64,000 bases of DNA from the human T2T-CHM13v2.0 reference genome, Homo sapiens, in the NCBI RefSeq assembly GCF_009914755.1, contig NC_060929.1. One strand, given 5' to 3'. Numbering within the stretch: the first letter of the stretch is position 1; each line of letters begins with the position of its first letter. The notes under the pieces were generated by a model. That model worked only from the letters and a program-made list of their open reading frames with translations. It made no database searches and had not been told where the DNA came from. The position numbers were made by a program, and so were the translations under genes. This document shows, in pieces, positions 1-13,550 of this stretch.

Positions 1-330
1 ATGAAAAAATTCCCTCTTGGATATGGTTCAGAATTCTTTTTCTATATTGCTAGTATTTTGTTGAGAAATTTTTTGGCTGCATTCATAAAAAATATTGGTC
101 TGTAGTTTTTATTTTGTTTCCTTGTTGATTTTTTTTTTTTTTTTGGATTTGATGTCGACATAATACTGACCTCATAAAATTTTCTGGGACATGTTCCTCT
201 ATTTTTCTTGGAAGAACTTGTGAAGTATTGGTATTAATTCTTCTTTAAATGATTGGGAGAATCACCAGGGAAGCCATATGAGTCTGAGTTTTCTTTCTGA
301 GCGGCTTCTTTTCTTTATTATTAGTTTAAT
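1..330 (-). mobile_element. Old L1 (L1M) ORF2 fragment
   Basis: Antisense L1 ORF2-like motifs (gctagtattttgttgag, atattggtctgtagtttt, ggtattaattcttctttaaatg...aagccat); degraded. Confidence 0.65.
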
Positions 331-2440
331 ACCAATTAAATATAGATTATTTTGAAGGGGCAGCTCTTGAGGTAAGATTTTGGTTTTTTTCGGCCCCAGA
401 AAGGCATTTTCTTAGCAGTGTGTTCATCATTCTTTCTGGCAAACTACTGGACCAATGGTTTAACTTGTATATCTCATGAAGTTACCACCCTTCTCTTCTT
501 CTCTTAGTTACCTGTCAACAATTTCCCATTGTTTTTGAGGGTACCCTTATGTTTTAACTTTTTCAAACTCTGTTTTAATAAAATCCATTTCTTTGGGAAA
601 CTTTCAGAGTTTTGTTTGTTTATTTGTTTGTTTGTTTGTTTGTTTTTCCTGCATTTCACCCTGGGCAAAATCTCTAAGCAATGGTTCTGAGTTTGGGGCA
701 GAAGCAGTCGCATGATTCTTTCTGAATGACGTCCCTGCTTTAGGATTGGAGTAGTAGCCTACAGTCTTTTCAGGTTTTCCACCCTACAAATAAGCGGTAG
801 TAGTATGAGTGATCGAGGCAAACTGCAGTGTTCCCAATCACTGTGCCTGAAAAAAAGAGACAGAGAGAGAGAGAGAAAGGAGAGAGACTTTTAGGAATTA
901 TTTTCATAAAATAGACAGTGGTATTTTTAACTGTTTTCAAATTTTATATTGGAATCCCCCATTCTGGATGGTATTGTGAGATGCTCTGTGGACTGAAACA
1001 AGCATATCTGGTCAGAATTGAAAAAACAACCATTTAAATTATCTGGAAATTGTCATAAGGGAATACTACAGATGAAGAAATATATATTCTAAAAAAATCC
1101 ACTAATACTAGGTAGAGACAGTGAGAATGTGTCAGTTGAACCATGATTCTCTCCCTCCCTCACCCACCTGCCAAGTTCAGCATAGCTGTAATTCCATTCC
1201 AGGCAGGTATAGTCATATAGCCAGAAACACATGGCTGTCTCTCCCCTTGATTATGGTATCTTCCTAGGAGAACTGGATTTCTTATTAGAGCTTTCTCCAT
1301 TTTGTTTGGTTTCTATTGTAACTAAAAACTAACCAAATGTTTGGTTTTTCCTATATTTTAAAATCTGTTTCATTATTTTTATGTCTGTGCATGTCACAAA
1401 TTCTATGTAATTTACAAATTTATTAGTCTTATATATTTTAATAGATATTTATAAACAAATATTGAACCTGAATCTTTGAACTATATTTGTCTCTTTCATT
1501 TGAGGTTTTTTTTTAACAAATTTATCTCATTTTGGTCATAATTCACTTGGTGAAACTTTTTGTGTGTGTTTCCTTTGAGTCAAATTGGTAGTACATAGAA
1601 AATATTACATTTATATGCAAAATTGCATTTTGCCACTATCTCAGCTTTAAAATGTAAGTCTCATATTAGCAATTAATATGTGTAAAACATTTTTATAATA
1701 TCTCATAAGAGAAAGTCAATATTCAGAAGTGAATTTCTGGCCAAGCTAATACATTATATTATTTTTGATGCAACCTAATTAGCTCTTACACCACAGCCTC
1801 TGCTGAAACTGACTTTGCATTAACCGTCATTCACTAGATTCCTTGATGAGTATGAGGTTCAGCCTCTAGCAAACACTCTGAGTTGCACTCTGTAATGGTG
1901 ATATTTGGAAATGCTGTTCACTGAATGTTTTATTTACTCACCAAATGTTCTTATTGACTTAATTATTAGTGCCATTATTGCTTCTAAAAGACTGCTAGAA
2001 CAAAGGAAAAAATTTGAGTCAGATATTTGGCATGTTTTCTCCCTGCCCTTTTTTTTTTTTTTAGAAAAAAAAAAATATTGTTCAGGGTGTTTTCAAATGT
2101 AAGCCATTTGCATAAGAAATTATTGCAAAATATAGACATCATTTCCACATAAAATTCTATTCGAAGCATCATATGTCATGTGAAAAAATGTCATAAAAAT
2201 TCTTTTCTGAAGTGGATTTAATGTTTTTGCCAAATTCATATTACCAGACCATACATAATCCCTTTACCTTTCAATAGTTGATAATATTTTTAGTTATAGT
2301 CATAGCTAAATAACCCATATTACTCAAGATTGAGAGGCAGGAAGGGGATGCACAAAGAACATTGTTGTTAATGGTAACTGCTATTTGGGCCCTAGTGGTA
2401 TTGATATTCTCCCTCAAATCAACCTATCGAAATTCTATAT

Positions 2441-2876
2441 ATTGAAGGACAAGGCTTTGTGCTTTCCCCAAATTCATATGTTGCAGCCCTCAACTTCCAG
2501 TTTCATTATATTTACAGATGGAGTCTTTGGGAGGTAATTAAGTCATGAGGTTGGAGCCCTTATGAGTGAGATTAGTATCCATAGGCAAATAGACATAAGG
2601 GGATAATGTCTCAATCTCTCTCTCTCTCACCCTGTCTCTCTCTCTCTCTCTCTCTCTCCATGTGTGTGTGTCTCTTTCTCTTTCCCTCTTCCCTCTTTCC
2701 CTCTGCCCTATGAGGATATGGTAAGAAGAAAACCTTTTGAAAGCCATAAACAGAACTCACCAGGAACAAATCAGCTGGCATTTTGGTCTCCAGACATCAG
2801 AATTGTAAAAAATAAATGTCTTTTAAACCACTCAGTTTAGGACATTCTGTTATAGCAGACGGAGCAGACTGGGACA
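2441..2876 (+). mobile_element. MLT1A/MLT1A0-like MaLR solo LTR with internal (CT)n tract
   Basis: ccccaaattcatatgttg...gtctttgggaggtaatta...gtcatgagg at the start; aataaatg...gttatagcag...gactgggaca at the end. Confidence 0.7.
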
Positions 2877-4056
2877 GACAATTTAAATATATCAAATGAG
2901 GCCTTAACTTATTATTTCTCATATCTACCAATAACATTAATGATATTCTACTTTTTCATGTTTATTTGTGAGTATGCATCTCATCTCTCTTAATAAACAG
3001 TAAATTATTTTATATCAGGCAAATTTTTACTGACTGTTTTGCAAGAGTCCTAGCATAATTCTGTGCACATATTAGGTGTAAGCAGTATTTGTTGAATTTA
3101 ATTAGGAGCCATTAGTGAATTTCAATATGAATTGTTTAAACAGACATTATAACAAATTTAGTTTACACTTAGATTTATTCTTTTTTTTTTTTTCTAATCT
3201 CCTCTGGTTAAAAGTTTTAAAAAGTTTATACATGGGGTATTTTTGAAAAAGATACAAGGCCTAATGTATATTGGATTTAATTTTTGACAAGGGAGTTGAT
3301 AAGAAGATTGTTGATAATCCATGATAGCCAGGTAAAAAACTTTCGCAATTAAAATATAACATTATATGTCATGTTAGGAATTTCAAAAGCTTTACAAGTA
3401 TTACCACGAGATGATGTCCTCATGCTTTAAGGATGCTTTTTATGTAATCTCTCTTAAATTTTTTACAATAGAAGAGAATATAATAACCAAAGCAAGCACA
3501 CAAATTTGCTTTTTGAATCTCTAATCTTTCCAGCATTTTAAGAGATTCATGTTGAATCAAATATGTGCCCTTTCTAATCCTCCTTTGAAGGGCACAGTGA
3601 ATGATTATACCTAGTTTCAATTTCTGATTTATTTGCTCTTCAGAGGAGAAGATAATTGTAAAAAATTGGCTCACAAATTTAAGAAAATGTCTACAAGTAT
3701 TTTTACTTATATTTTTCATTCTTTGATAGTAAAGAAACAATATGTAAAAAAAAAAAAAAAAATTGTAAGCCACCAATACAAGCTTTCAACATTTCTCCCA
3801 GAAAAGGGAGTTTAGCTTTTTCTAAAGCATTTTGCTTATTCTGACACATCTGCAAATCCCAGGATTTTTTTTTCCTAAAATGTCTGATTTTAAGCATTAT
3901 ATCAAAGAAACTGTATGTATCAAAATGTTACTGTTTTTGTTTTTTATTTTATTATTTTTTAATTATGTATTTTTTTCAGTTCTACATGTGCAGTATGTGC
4001 AGGTTTGTTATATTTCATACCTAAATTCACACATCACCAAAATGAATCAATGTATG

Positions 4057-4592
4057 CCAGGATTTTTCAACCTTTGCTCTATTGACATGTTGGACTGCAT
4101 AATTCTTTGAGAGGATAACTGATAGAGTTTGTATATTTGTCCCTGCCTCAATTCCATGTTGAATCCCCAGTACTGGGCATGGGGCCTGGTAAGACGTGAT
4201 TGGACCCTGGGAGCTGATTTCTCATGAATCATTTAGCATCATACGCTTGGTGCTGTCCTCGCGATAATGAGCAAGTTCTCATGAGATCTGGCTGTTTGAA
4301 AGTGTGTGGCATCTCTTTCTCTCTCTTAATCTTTCTCTGTCTCTTGCATTCATGATGTGACACGCCTTCCCCCATGAGTAAAAGCACCCTGAGGCCTTCC
4401 CAGAAGCTGAAGGAATTTGGCGCTATGCTTCCTATACAGCCTCCAGAACCCTGAGGCAATTAATTCTCTTTTATTTATAAATTACCCAGTCTCAGGGATT
4501 TCTTTATAGCAATGCAAGAACGGCTTAATACAGTGACTGTATTGTTTATGTCAGGATTTTAACAGAACCCCTTGCCTCTATGCTCTAGATGA
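4057..4592 (-). mobile_element. MER20 (hAT-Charlie) remnant split by an MST LTR
   Basis: caggatttttcaacctttgctctattgacatgttggactgcataattcttt resumes after the LTR as gtcaggattttaacagaaccccttgcctctatgctctagatg. Confidence 0.6.
4120..4532 (+). mobile_element. MSTA/MSTB MaLR solo LTR
   Basis: TG...CA termini (tgatagagtttg...cggcttaataca), internal gttctcatgagatctgg and ataaattacccagtctcagg; degraded 5-bp TSD ataac/gtgac. Confidence 0.85.
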
Positions 4593-4596
4593 GTAG

Positions 4597-4906
4597 TATC
4601 CAGTATTTCTGGCACTAGGGACCAATTTTGTGGAAGACAATTTTTCCAAGGATGAGGGCGGGGGATAAAACTTTTCCACCTCATATCATCAGGCATTAGA
4701 TTATCATAAGGAGCACACAACCTAGATCCCTCACATGTGCAGTCACAATGGGGTCCACGCTCCTATGAGAATCTAATGCCACAGCTGATCTGACTGGAGG
4801 CAAACTCAGGCAGTAATGCTTGCCCTCCCCTCACCTTCTGCTGTGGAGGCCTAGTTCCTAATAGGCCATGGACTAGCAGCAGTCCATGGTCCAGGGGTTG
4901 GGGATT
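4597..4906 (+). mobile_element. MER1B (hAT-Charlie) non-autonomous DNA transposon
   Basis: ggaagacaatttttcc...atcatcaggcattagatt...caacctagatccctc...tcctatgagaatctaatgcc...ggggttgggga. Confidence 0.8.
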
Positions 4907-6029
4907 CAGAGCAGATGTTAAGAGCAAGAAAGTGCAAAGGGGATTAAAAATAAAGTTATATTGTAGATGTCAGAAGCATCAATGATGAATGAAAGAAATT
5001 TGAAATTTAGCAACGTTTACAAAAGAATATTTGCAGGTTTAAAGTGCTTTTGGAGTTAGAAAATTGTCTAGACTGAATACATTGTTTATTGTTTAGACTG
5101 AGTAAAGAAAACATTAGTCAACAAAGGCTCCTGTGGGGAAGGTCTCTCTCTGCTCAAAATGAGGTAGACAAAAAGAAGACTAGGTTTTGAAGAAAACGAC
5201 ATAAAACTTTGGGCACATTGAATTTGAGATATTGATGAGGTATAGTCATGCTAGTGATGCAGAAATATAGAAATTTAAGCCTGAAACTCAACTGAAAGGA
5301 TGGATTTACACATATAAATCAAGAATAATTAATGTTTAATTCTTACCAGGAACCATAAGATTACTCCGGTAGAGCATATTTGAGAAGAAAATAGATCTTG
5401 ACAGGAATCTTGAAATAAACAATATCTAAGGGACAGATAAAGAACCTATTAGAAGAAAAAAATACACATTAATACAGATATAGAAGAACCAGATGAGTTT
5501 TTGCTTATAATTTACAGGGGGCTGTTGGATTTAATAAACTGAAAGTCATCTTTGATTAATGAATGGGAAGTTCAAATAATTTTTGACCCACATATAAAGA
5601 GAGAAATCACAAAAATGTCATAAAAGGATAGCAGCCACACAGGAAGGGCTTTAAATATATATTTTTAAAATTTTGATGTATTTATTTATTTTTGTCTAGC
5701 AAGTGAATCTGAGTGAGTCAGATTCAGCAAGATTTAAATTATATTTTTAAACACTGACATATAATCTATAATCTCCATTTTTTGTTTAAAATATGAAGTA
5801 CAAATGCAAATTTTGAGATTCCTGATCAGTGATTTATCTCAATCTAGAAAAGTATGTATACAAAAGCAAAATAAAATGAGATACTTGATTGCTTAGCATT
5901 TAATTGGAGCAAAAGGTTTTAGTTTGATGATCTTATTGGTCAATGTAAAAAATTATAAAACACGCATAAACTATATTTTTCCCCTATTAATCTACCCTAT
6001 AGAAATATTTAAACATATGTTCTATAAAG

Positions 6030-6465
6030 CGTCACTTTCTATACACACATTGGGTAATTCTCTTTCATTTTGAATGTGGGTTTGGCCGTATAACTTGCCT
6101 TGTTCTGTAGGATACCCGTAGATATAACACAGGTAGAGAAATTAAAAGTATTTGCTCATTGGAACATTTCCTCAAGTTCTGATGGAATTTCTTCTTTCAC
6201 TACATGAACTAATCAAGATGCATCCATCCATTGACTAATAAGAGATCAAATGGAGAGTGGCTTCAGACATCCTGCCTTTTTAGCTGAGAATCCAGATGTA
6301 TGAGTTAGATGAGTTAACCCATTCTAGGTAAATCTGTCACAGCTTGGCCAAATCAGATAAGAATGCCGTGCTAAAACACAGAATAATGACAGACAATAAA
6401 CAGCTTTTTGGAAGGGGAGAGGACACTACATTTTGTGCTGGTTTATTACAAGTGAGATATACATA
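6030..6465 (+). mobile_element. Ancient MLT1-family LTR remnant
   Basis: tgaatgtgggtttggccgtataacttgc and cacagaataatga...aataaacag...ctacattttg...ggtttattaca resemble MLT1 ends. Confidence 0.45.
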
Positions 6466-6499
6466 CCCATCATTCTTCATTCCATTTTACACAACTTTA

Positions 6500-6829
6500 T
6501 TCTGAGCCAGTCAGGTGGGAAGTGGTCCCTGGAGAGACTTCAACCAGCCTGCCCACTGAGGTAGAGCCTTGGGAAGTTCACGACATTTGCAGCAGGGAGG
6601 AGCCTGGCTCTTCTTCTTCTTTTATGGAACCAGGGATTTAAATGGCAAGGCGGGAAGCACTCCAGCTGGGATCCTGGCCTAGCGAGAGTCCCTGTTTCCC
6701 CTTTTTCTTCTTTCTCACCCAATAAAACCCTGTCTTACTCACCATTCAAATTGTCTGCAAGCCCAGATTTTCCTGGCTGTGGGACAAAGAAACCAGTCTT
6801 TAGCTGAACTAAGGAAAAGTCCTGCAACA
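6500..6829 (+). mobile_element. ERV1 LTR 3' portion (MER50-like)
   Basis: AATAAA at 6721-6726 followed by ttactcaccattcaaattgtctgc and the terminus tttagctgaactaaggaaaagtcctgcaaca. Confidence 0.65.
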
Positions 6830-9800
6830 AATCCATCCTGGTAGTTATTTTAGATGATTTTACATAAGCAAGACAGACAAAATGTGACCTCCAAGATTAG
6901 CTACTCGTGATATAGGGTGGCCAGTGCCTAAATTAGTCCTTTAGACATGCTGTCAGAATTTTACTGTAACTGAGATTACTGTTTCTTTATCTGTCAAAAT
7001 ATAATTAGGCCATAAATTCCACTACATGATGCCAATAATAATAATAATTAGACTATTTAAAATTTACCACTTGCTAAAGCAGTACTAGGAGTTAATATGA
7101 AAGACAGAAGGCATTTCAACAGCAACAACCCTAGTGTGATATCAGGTGTTGGTGTTATCAATTTATAATAGATTGCTCTCATATTGAAAACATGTTTCCA
7201 AATCTGTCAACAAGTGATTTAATAGATGCACAGATATTCTAATGCTGTATAATTATATTAGCATATTTAAGGAGCTAGCCATAACAATGTACTAAAATAA
7301 ACTTGTTAAAAATATGATTAAAGATACTCTAAATTTTAAGTTGAAACATTAATCAATCTCTATACCCAAGAAGACTTTTTAAAATCAATTCATTATTACA
7401 TGAATATTATTAACACATACATTACTGCATAAGAGTTTCTGGAGGAGTAAATCCTTGATGTATTAAGAAAGGGTTTCACTGCAGGGATCCAGTTATTTTG
7501 AACGAAAAGAGATTTGATGCAGAAAATTGGGTGCTTATAAAATGTGTATTCATTTCAAGATAGTTTATTTATTTCTTTATAAAAATGATTTTTTTTCAAT
7601 GTTATCCTTTTTGTTGCCTAGGGAGAAAATAAAATTCTTTTACAATTTTAAAATACATGTACTCACTCTATTTTTAGACTTCTTTTGTTTTGTGTTTCTT
7701 TGAGAGAGCTATTTTATGCGTTATAGTTATAATATTTCCTTACAATGAGTTTAGTTTTTCTTTGTTTTGTTTTGTTGTGTTTTGTTGTTGTATTCTCTTA
7801 AGATATGTTCTTTTTGATTGTAAGCTCAGTTAAAATAGATTTGCTGGGTTGGTTATTTTTTGTTTTGATGAAAGTCTACTGTTAATACATTTTTCAGAAA
7901 ACTTTTCCATAGAGCAGTTTTAAATTTTCCGTCTGCTCTCACAGGAGAATTTAACAGTTCTGGACACTATGTTATTTTTCATTTTTGGATCCCTGCATGT
8001 GTGGGTGGAATACATTTTGATTCACTAACTCCTACGCTGGTTTGAGATTTTGACTTCTCACAAGGAAATTTTTTTCTCTCTGTCTCTCAGAGGTCTGTAT
8101 CTATTGTACACCTCCTTTCTGCCTCACCAGGCCCAGTAAGAAGGGATAATTTTAGTTCCTATTATGAGAATGTTACTGTATTTTAGATACCCAGCATTTA
8201 TTGAGAATCTCAGTTTTCTCTTTATGAGTTATACAGGCTCAGGGCACAGTCTATTGTCCTTAACTTTGTTCAGAATTTCTGCCCCAGTCTAGGTCCTTGT
8301 CATCATAATTTCAGCTTCCAGATTACTTGATTTTACTTGTTTCCAATTTTTTTTAACCTAAAAGTTTTAATTACAAATTATCCAGAATAGTATTTCCATT
8401 TGTTCGTAGATTGAGAAAGCAAGCTGTATCACCTTCCTTCTCCATGTTTCAGGAAGTTGTCTCATTTGCTCTGAAAATATTAGATACATGTAATAACCAC
8501 ATAAATATATTATTTTTTCAAAATTGTCAGTGCATATTTTTAACTTAATGTTCTATTAAAGTTTGTGGAAATTAATATGCATTAAAAGTATTTGAATTCA
8601 GCATCTAACACTTTGAACAATCAAAGAAAATAACAAATGTATTAAACCTGAACTTAAAATGATTAAGCAAGATAAATAAAAACATAGTAAATTAAACGTA
8701 AATTAATATTTTATGCATACCTTTTGATCTTTAGTTGCATATTCTTAATGTGAAAATTTTTAAATTACACCAGGCATACATTTTCAAAATCAGTCTCCCT
8801 CTACAAGACTGTAGATTGTGAATCAGTCTCATTGGTATCTTTTTTAGTAAAAGAAAGCTCATCAGTCTGTCATATTATACATTTTATTTTTGATTAACTA
8901 CCACTCTAGAATTCTCATAAGTTTTAATATACTTTTCAACAACAGTCATCCTAATTCCACTGTCTGAATAAAAACAGAACAAGTATTTTTCTTTTTCTAC
9001 ATAAAGATTTTCAAATATTTGAAGAAAATTCACCATTGTATTCCAAATATTAACTTTCAACCGCTTTTGTGTTCCTCAGATAACACTGCTTTCAAATTTT
9101 TTATTACCTTAGTCATTCATCCATTCTTAAGTTAATTTTAAACTTAGGAGTCTAAAATAGATAATCTATAGGTAGTTCAGCAGGCACTGAAAGCAATTTT
9201 ACTTCTTTTGAAGTAGACACTTGATATTACATCACATTAAATTTGCATTATCTCTTAGACTGACTTCTTTGAACAAGTATGCCCATTCACGTCTCCTTAT
9301 TCTCTAATACTACTAATCTTAATGTTAAAATATTCTTCTTTTTGTTCAGTACTTTCATTGTGTTTTCATTAGATGAAAGAATAACAGTGAAATAGAATTT
9401 ATCTCTTATAATTATGTATATCTTCTCTAATATGTCCTCCATAATATTTGTACTTTAGCTTTAGGATTTATATAAATTAGTGTTATCATTTTCTCATGTG
9501 TTTTTTCCAAATGTCATAAAATTCAGACATTGTTTTTCTTTGGTAAAACAGGGTCAAAGTCAATTCTCTTACTTTCTCTTCAAAAAGTTGTTAAATAAAT
9601 TAAATATAACAATATATGCATAACCTAATTACCAAAAGGAAAAATGACCCACAATGATCACCTGATAAGCAAAAGTAATTCCAGGCTTAAAAAAGAGAAC
9701 AGTAAGATAAACTTAAGAATTATACTTATTTCCATTCATATTTGGTATTTTCCCAGTCATGACAGCCTCTTATGATTTAGATCATGTTTTTCTTTTTACC

Positions 9801-10652
9801 TAGTATACACATTTTTGCTTTTCTGCAGCCCTAATGAACTTACATTCTTCTAGACTTTGTTCAAACATCATTCTATTGTGGGCATGCCTATACTTTGACA
9901 CATCATCTATTCTCCAATAAACACCAAATTTATTTGTAATAAGGTAGTTTGTCTTTCTATGAGCTTTTTGTCTGTATTTCTATATTTTTCCATCCCCAGA
10001 ATAGAGTTGTCATTCGATTAATAAATGCTTTCTGAATAAAGAAAGAAAATAAGAAGAAATAAGCAAGAAACAAACACCAAAAGTAAAGTGCACATCTTAG
10101 GTGCAAAAAGTGTGAAGGCCTTAAAGACAAACATTGATTTATAGGCAAATTTCCTTAGGCCATACATTTTTATTATTATAATCTGTATTAAAATAAATGC
10201 ATTTTTTATAAAATACATATTTTTAAAGCTGTCATCTAAAAGTTTGAAATAATTCTGTTAGATTTTTGAAAAATAGTGCAATTGTGTAATAATTAAAGCC
10301 TCATTTGTAAAACTGATAAAATAGAACATACTATAAAAGTCAATTTTGATCATGAAAATAATTCATCCTATAAAGGGTTTAGCATAGTTTCTGGTGTCAA
10401 AATCAGAAACTGTATCATAAATAATTTTTCTTCTATGAGTTCTGAACTACTTGAGAGATATGAACAATAGATTGGGAAATTGTAAATCAAAATATAAGCC
10501 TAATCAAATATTAAAATCTATCATCAACCCTAAAAAAATCACACATAGGATTTTTGGCCAGAATTTGGAATTTTGAGTAATTAAATTTAATTATCAATTA
10601 TTATAGCCTTCTATGCAGAAAGTCTATTTTATTTATTATGAAATATGCTACT

Positions 10653-10940
10653 GACTGGGTATGGTTGTTCACGCCTGTAATCCCAGAACTTTGGGAGGCT
10701 GAGGCAGGCGGATCACCTGAGGTAGGGAGTTCGAGACCAGTCTGAACAACACGGAGAAACCCCATCTCTACTAAAAATATGAAATTAGCTGGGCGTTGCT
10801 TGGTTGCTCATACCTGTAACCCCAGCTACTTGGGGAGGCTGAGGGAGGAGAATGGCTTGAAACTGGGAGGCGGAGGTTGTGGTGAGCTGAGGCTGTTGCA
10901 CTCCAGCCTGGGCAACAACCATCAACTGGGCAACTCCATC
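10653..10940 (+). mobile_element. AluS (Sp-like)
   Basis: Dimeric Alu with gggagttcgagaccag...gagaaacccc diagnostic positions and an A-rich linker. Confidence 0.92.
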
Positions 10941-10965
10941 AAGAAGGAAAGAAAGAAGGAAAGAA

Positions 10966-10996
<31 letters not shown>

Positions 10997-11052
10997 GAGA
11001 GAAAGAAAGAAAGAAGGAGGGAAAGAAAGAAAGAAAGAGAGAAAGAAAGGAA

Positions 11053-11104
<52 letters not shown>

Positions 11105-11135
11105 GAAGGAAAAGAAAGAGAAAGAAGGAAAGAAA

Positions 11136-11195
<60 letters not shown>

Positions 11196-11291
11196 AAAGA
11201 AAGAAAGAGAAAGGAAGGAAGGAAGAAAGGAAGGAAGGAAGGAAGGAAGGAAGGAAGGAAGGAAGGAAGGAAGGAAGGAAGGAAGGAAGGG
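10941..11291 (+). repeat. Compound purine microsatellite (GA)n/(GAAA)n/(GGAA)n derived from the Alu tail
   Basis: ~350 bp of only A/G; 15 consecutive GGAA units at 11229-11288. Confidence 0.98.
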
Positions 11292-12377
11292 ATTGTGAAT
11301 GTTCTATATTCAGGAGTAATTACATGTAATAAATAATTTCTCCATATGAAGGGAAAAACCTCTTCTAAGTAGATTTGTTAAATTACACAATAGCCACTAT
11401 CATCACTGTACTTTATTTCATTTCCTGTCACTCTAGATTTCCAGTACTCATAAAGAGCCCAAGCCTCTCCTAGAATTTGAAAAATCAAGTTACTGTAAAA
11501 TAAGGCCTCCCAAGGTTGCCACATTTAAAATCGGAGATTTCAGTATTAAATATTTGTAGGCCTTTGAAGCAGATGAAACACGGTATTTTTGTTTCAGTAG
11601 TATTCTCAGGTTGCCTCAAATACTGAAATTAAATCTATTCCCTACACCATCCATCTTCAAAGTTTGAACTAATCATCAGCAACTTGAAGATGTTCAGAAA
11701 AATGTTAAAATGATTATAGGTGTTTTAGTGCATGAAGGTCAGTGTGATATTCTGGAAGCATAAAATAATGTATTGAATGTTTACTCTCTTAGAATATGTA
11801 TGTCTAGAGCTAAAGAGATATGTTACATTCCCGACATTGTTTCTTGTGAATGTTTAATTTGATGAATTTAAATTCTGAGAATAATAGTTTTCAGTTTCAA
11901 TTAATTCAAGAACTGTTTCTGGGTAACTTCCTATACTTCAGCTACATGGCATTGAAAGAGGTCAGATAATTTCCTTCAACCATAAGGTTTTCTATGATAA
12001 CAGTATTAAAAGACTTAAATTATAGAGAATGTATCCTATGAACACCAAACTAAGAAATTCAAAATCAATAAAATAATTTCTTTAGGCAATTCCCAAATAT
12101 TTGAAAATTACAGATTCTGAAAAAATGCATAGGGCAGAGAAAAATATCACAAAGAAAATTAGAAAATATTTTAAGTGAATTATAAAGAAAATTCAAGACA
12201 TCAAAATAAGTGTGATGTTGCAAAAGCAGTGCTTAGAGGAATATTATGACTTAAAATTTCATATTAAAAGTGAAGAAAGATAAAAATCTGTAGTCAGCTT
12301 TCAATTTATAACATTAGTAAAAAAGAAATATGAGAGCAAGAGAAAACTAAACAATTAGAAGAAAGGAAAAAAATAAT

Positions 12378-12865
12378 TGTTTAATGTAATAGTTTTTGGG
12401 ATGCAGGTGGTTTTTGGTTAGATAGATAAATTCTTTAGTGGTGATTTCTGAGACTGGTGAACCCATCACCCGAGAAGTGTCCACTGTACCCAATATGTAG
12501 TCTTTTATCCCTCAACCTCCTCCCAAATTGCTTCCTGTATTTCCAAAGTTAATTATACCATTCTTATGCCTTTACATCCTCATAGCTTAGCTCCCACTTA
12601 TTGTAAGTGGGAACATACAATATTTGGTTTTCCATTCCTGAGTTACTTCACTTAGAATAATGGCCTCCAGCTCCACCCAAGTTGCTGCAAAGGCCATCAT
12701 TTCATTTCGTGTGATGGCTCAGTAGTATTCCACGGTGTATATATACCGTGTTTTCTTTATCCATTCATTGGTTCATAGGTATTTAGGTTGATTTCATGTA
12801 TTTGCCATTGAGAATTGTGCTACTATAAATGTGCATGTGCATGTTTCTCTTTCATAGAATGACTC
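12378..12865 (-). mobile_element. L1PB1-like 3' end
   Basis: ttctttagtggtgatttctgaga...cctcatagcttagctcccac...ttccattcctgagttacttcacttagaataatggcctcc. Confidence 0.85.
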
Positions 12866-13211
12866 GTTAGTAAATTTGCGAGCATACGTCAGTGAAATAG
12901 AAAAAAATTAACAAAGTCAAAAGCTATTTACTTTAAACAACATTGATCAAGCCTGTGCTACATTGGTCAAAAAAATGAATTAAAAATAATCCAGTAATGT
13001 TGGGAATAAAGCAGGTTTTATCCCTTCACATATTATAACCGTAATAAGGGAATATAACTTTATATTGACAAATGTGACAACTGAGTAAAAGGCACACATT
13101 TCTGAAAAAATGCAACTTACCAAAATTAAAAGATAAAACAGAAAATCTGAATAACTATATTAATTAAATTAAACTCATTATTAAAAAATAACTTTCTATA
13201 AAAAAATTCTA

Positions 13212-13550
13212 GGCCAGGCACAGTGGCTCAGGCCTGTAATTCCAACACCTTAGGAGGCTGATGCAGGAAGATTGCTTGAGCCCAGGAGTTCCAGACCAGC
13301 CTGCGCAATTTAGTGAGAACTTTTCTCTAGGAGAAAACAACAACAACAACAACAACAACAACAGAAAGCACATACAAATTAGCCAGGTCTGGTGGCGTAT
13401 GCTTGTAGTCCCAGGAATTCATAAGACTGAGGTGGAGGATCAATTTAACTGGGCAAGTGAAGGCTGCAGTGAGTTAAGATTGCACATTTACTCCAACCTG
13501 TGCAACAAAGCAAGACCCTGTCTCAAAAAAATAATAATAACAGTAAAGAA
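13212..13550 (+). mobile_element. AluJ with (AAC)n-expanded linker
   Basis: gattgcttgagcccaggagtt (J diagnostic); degraded TSD aaaaaattctag (13201) / aagaaattccag (13551). Confidence 0.9.

Noticed and set aside
10779-11336. 185-aa K/E/R-rich ORF
   Set aside because: It is the translation of an Alu arm plus a purine microsatellite, which cannot contain stop codons.
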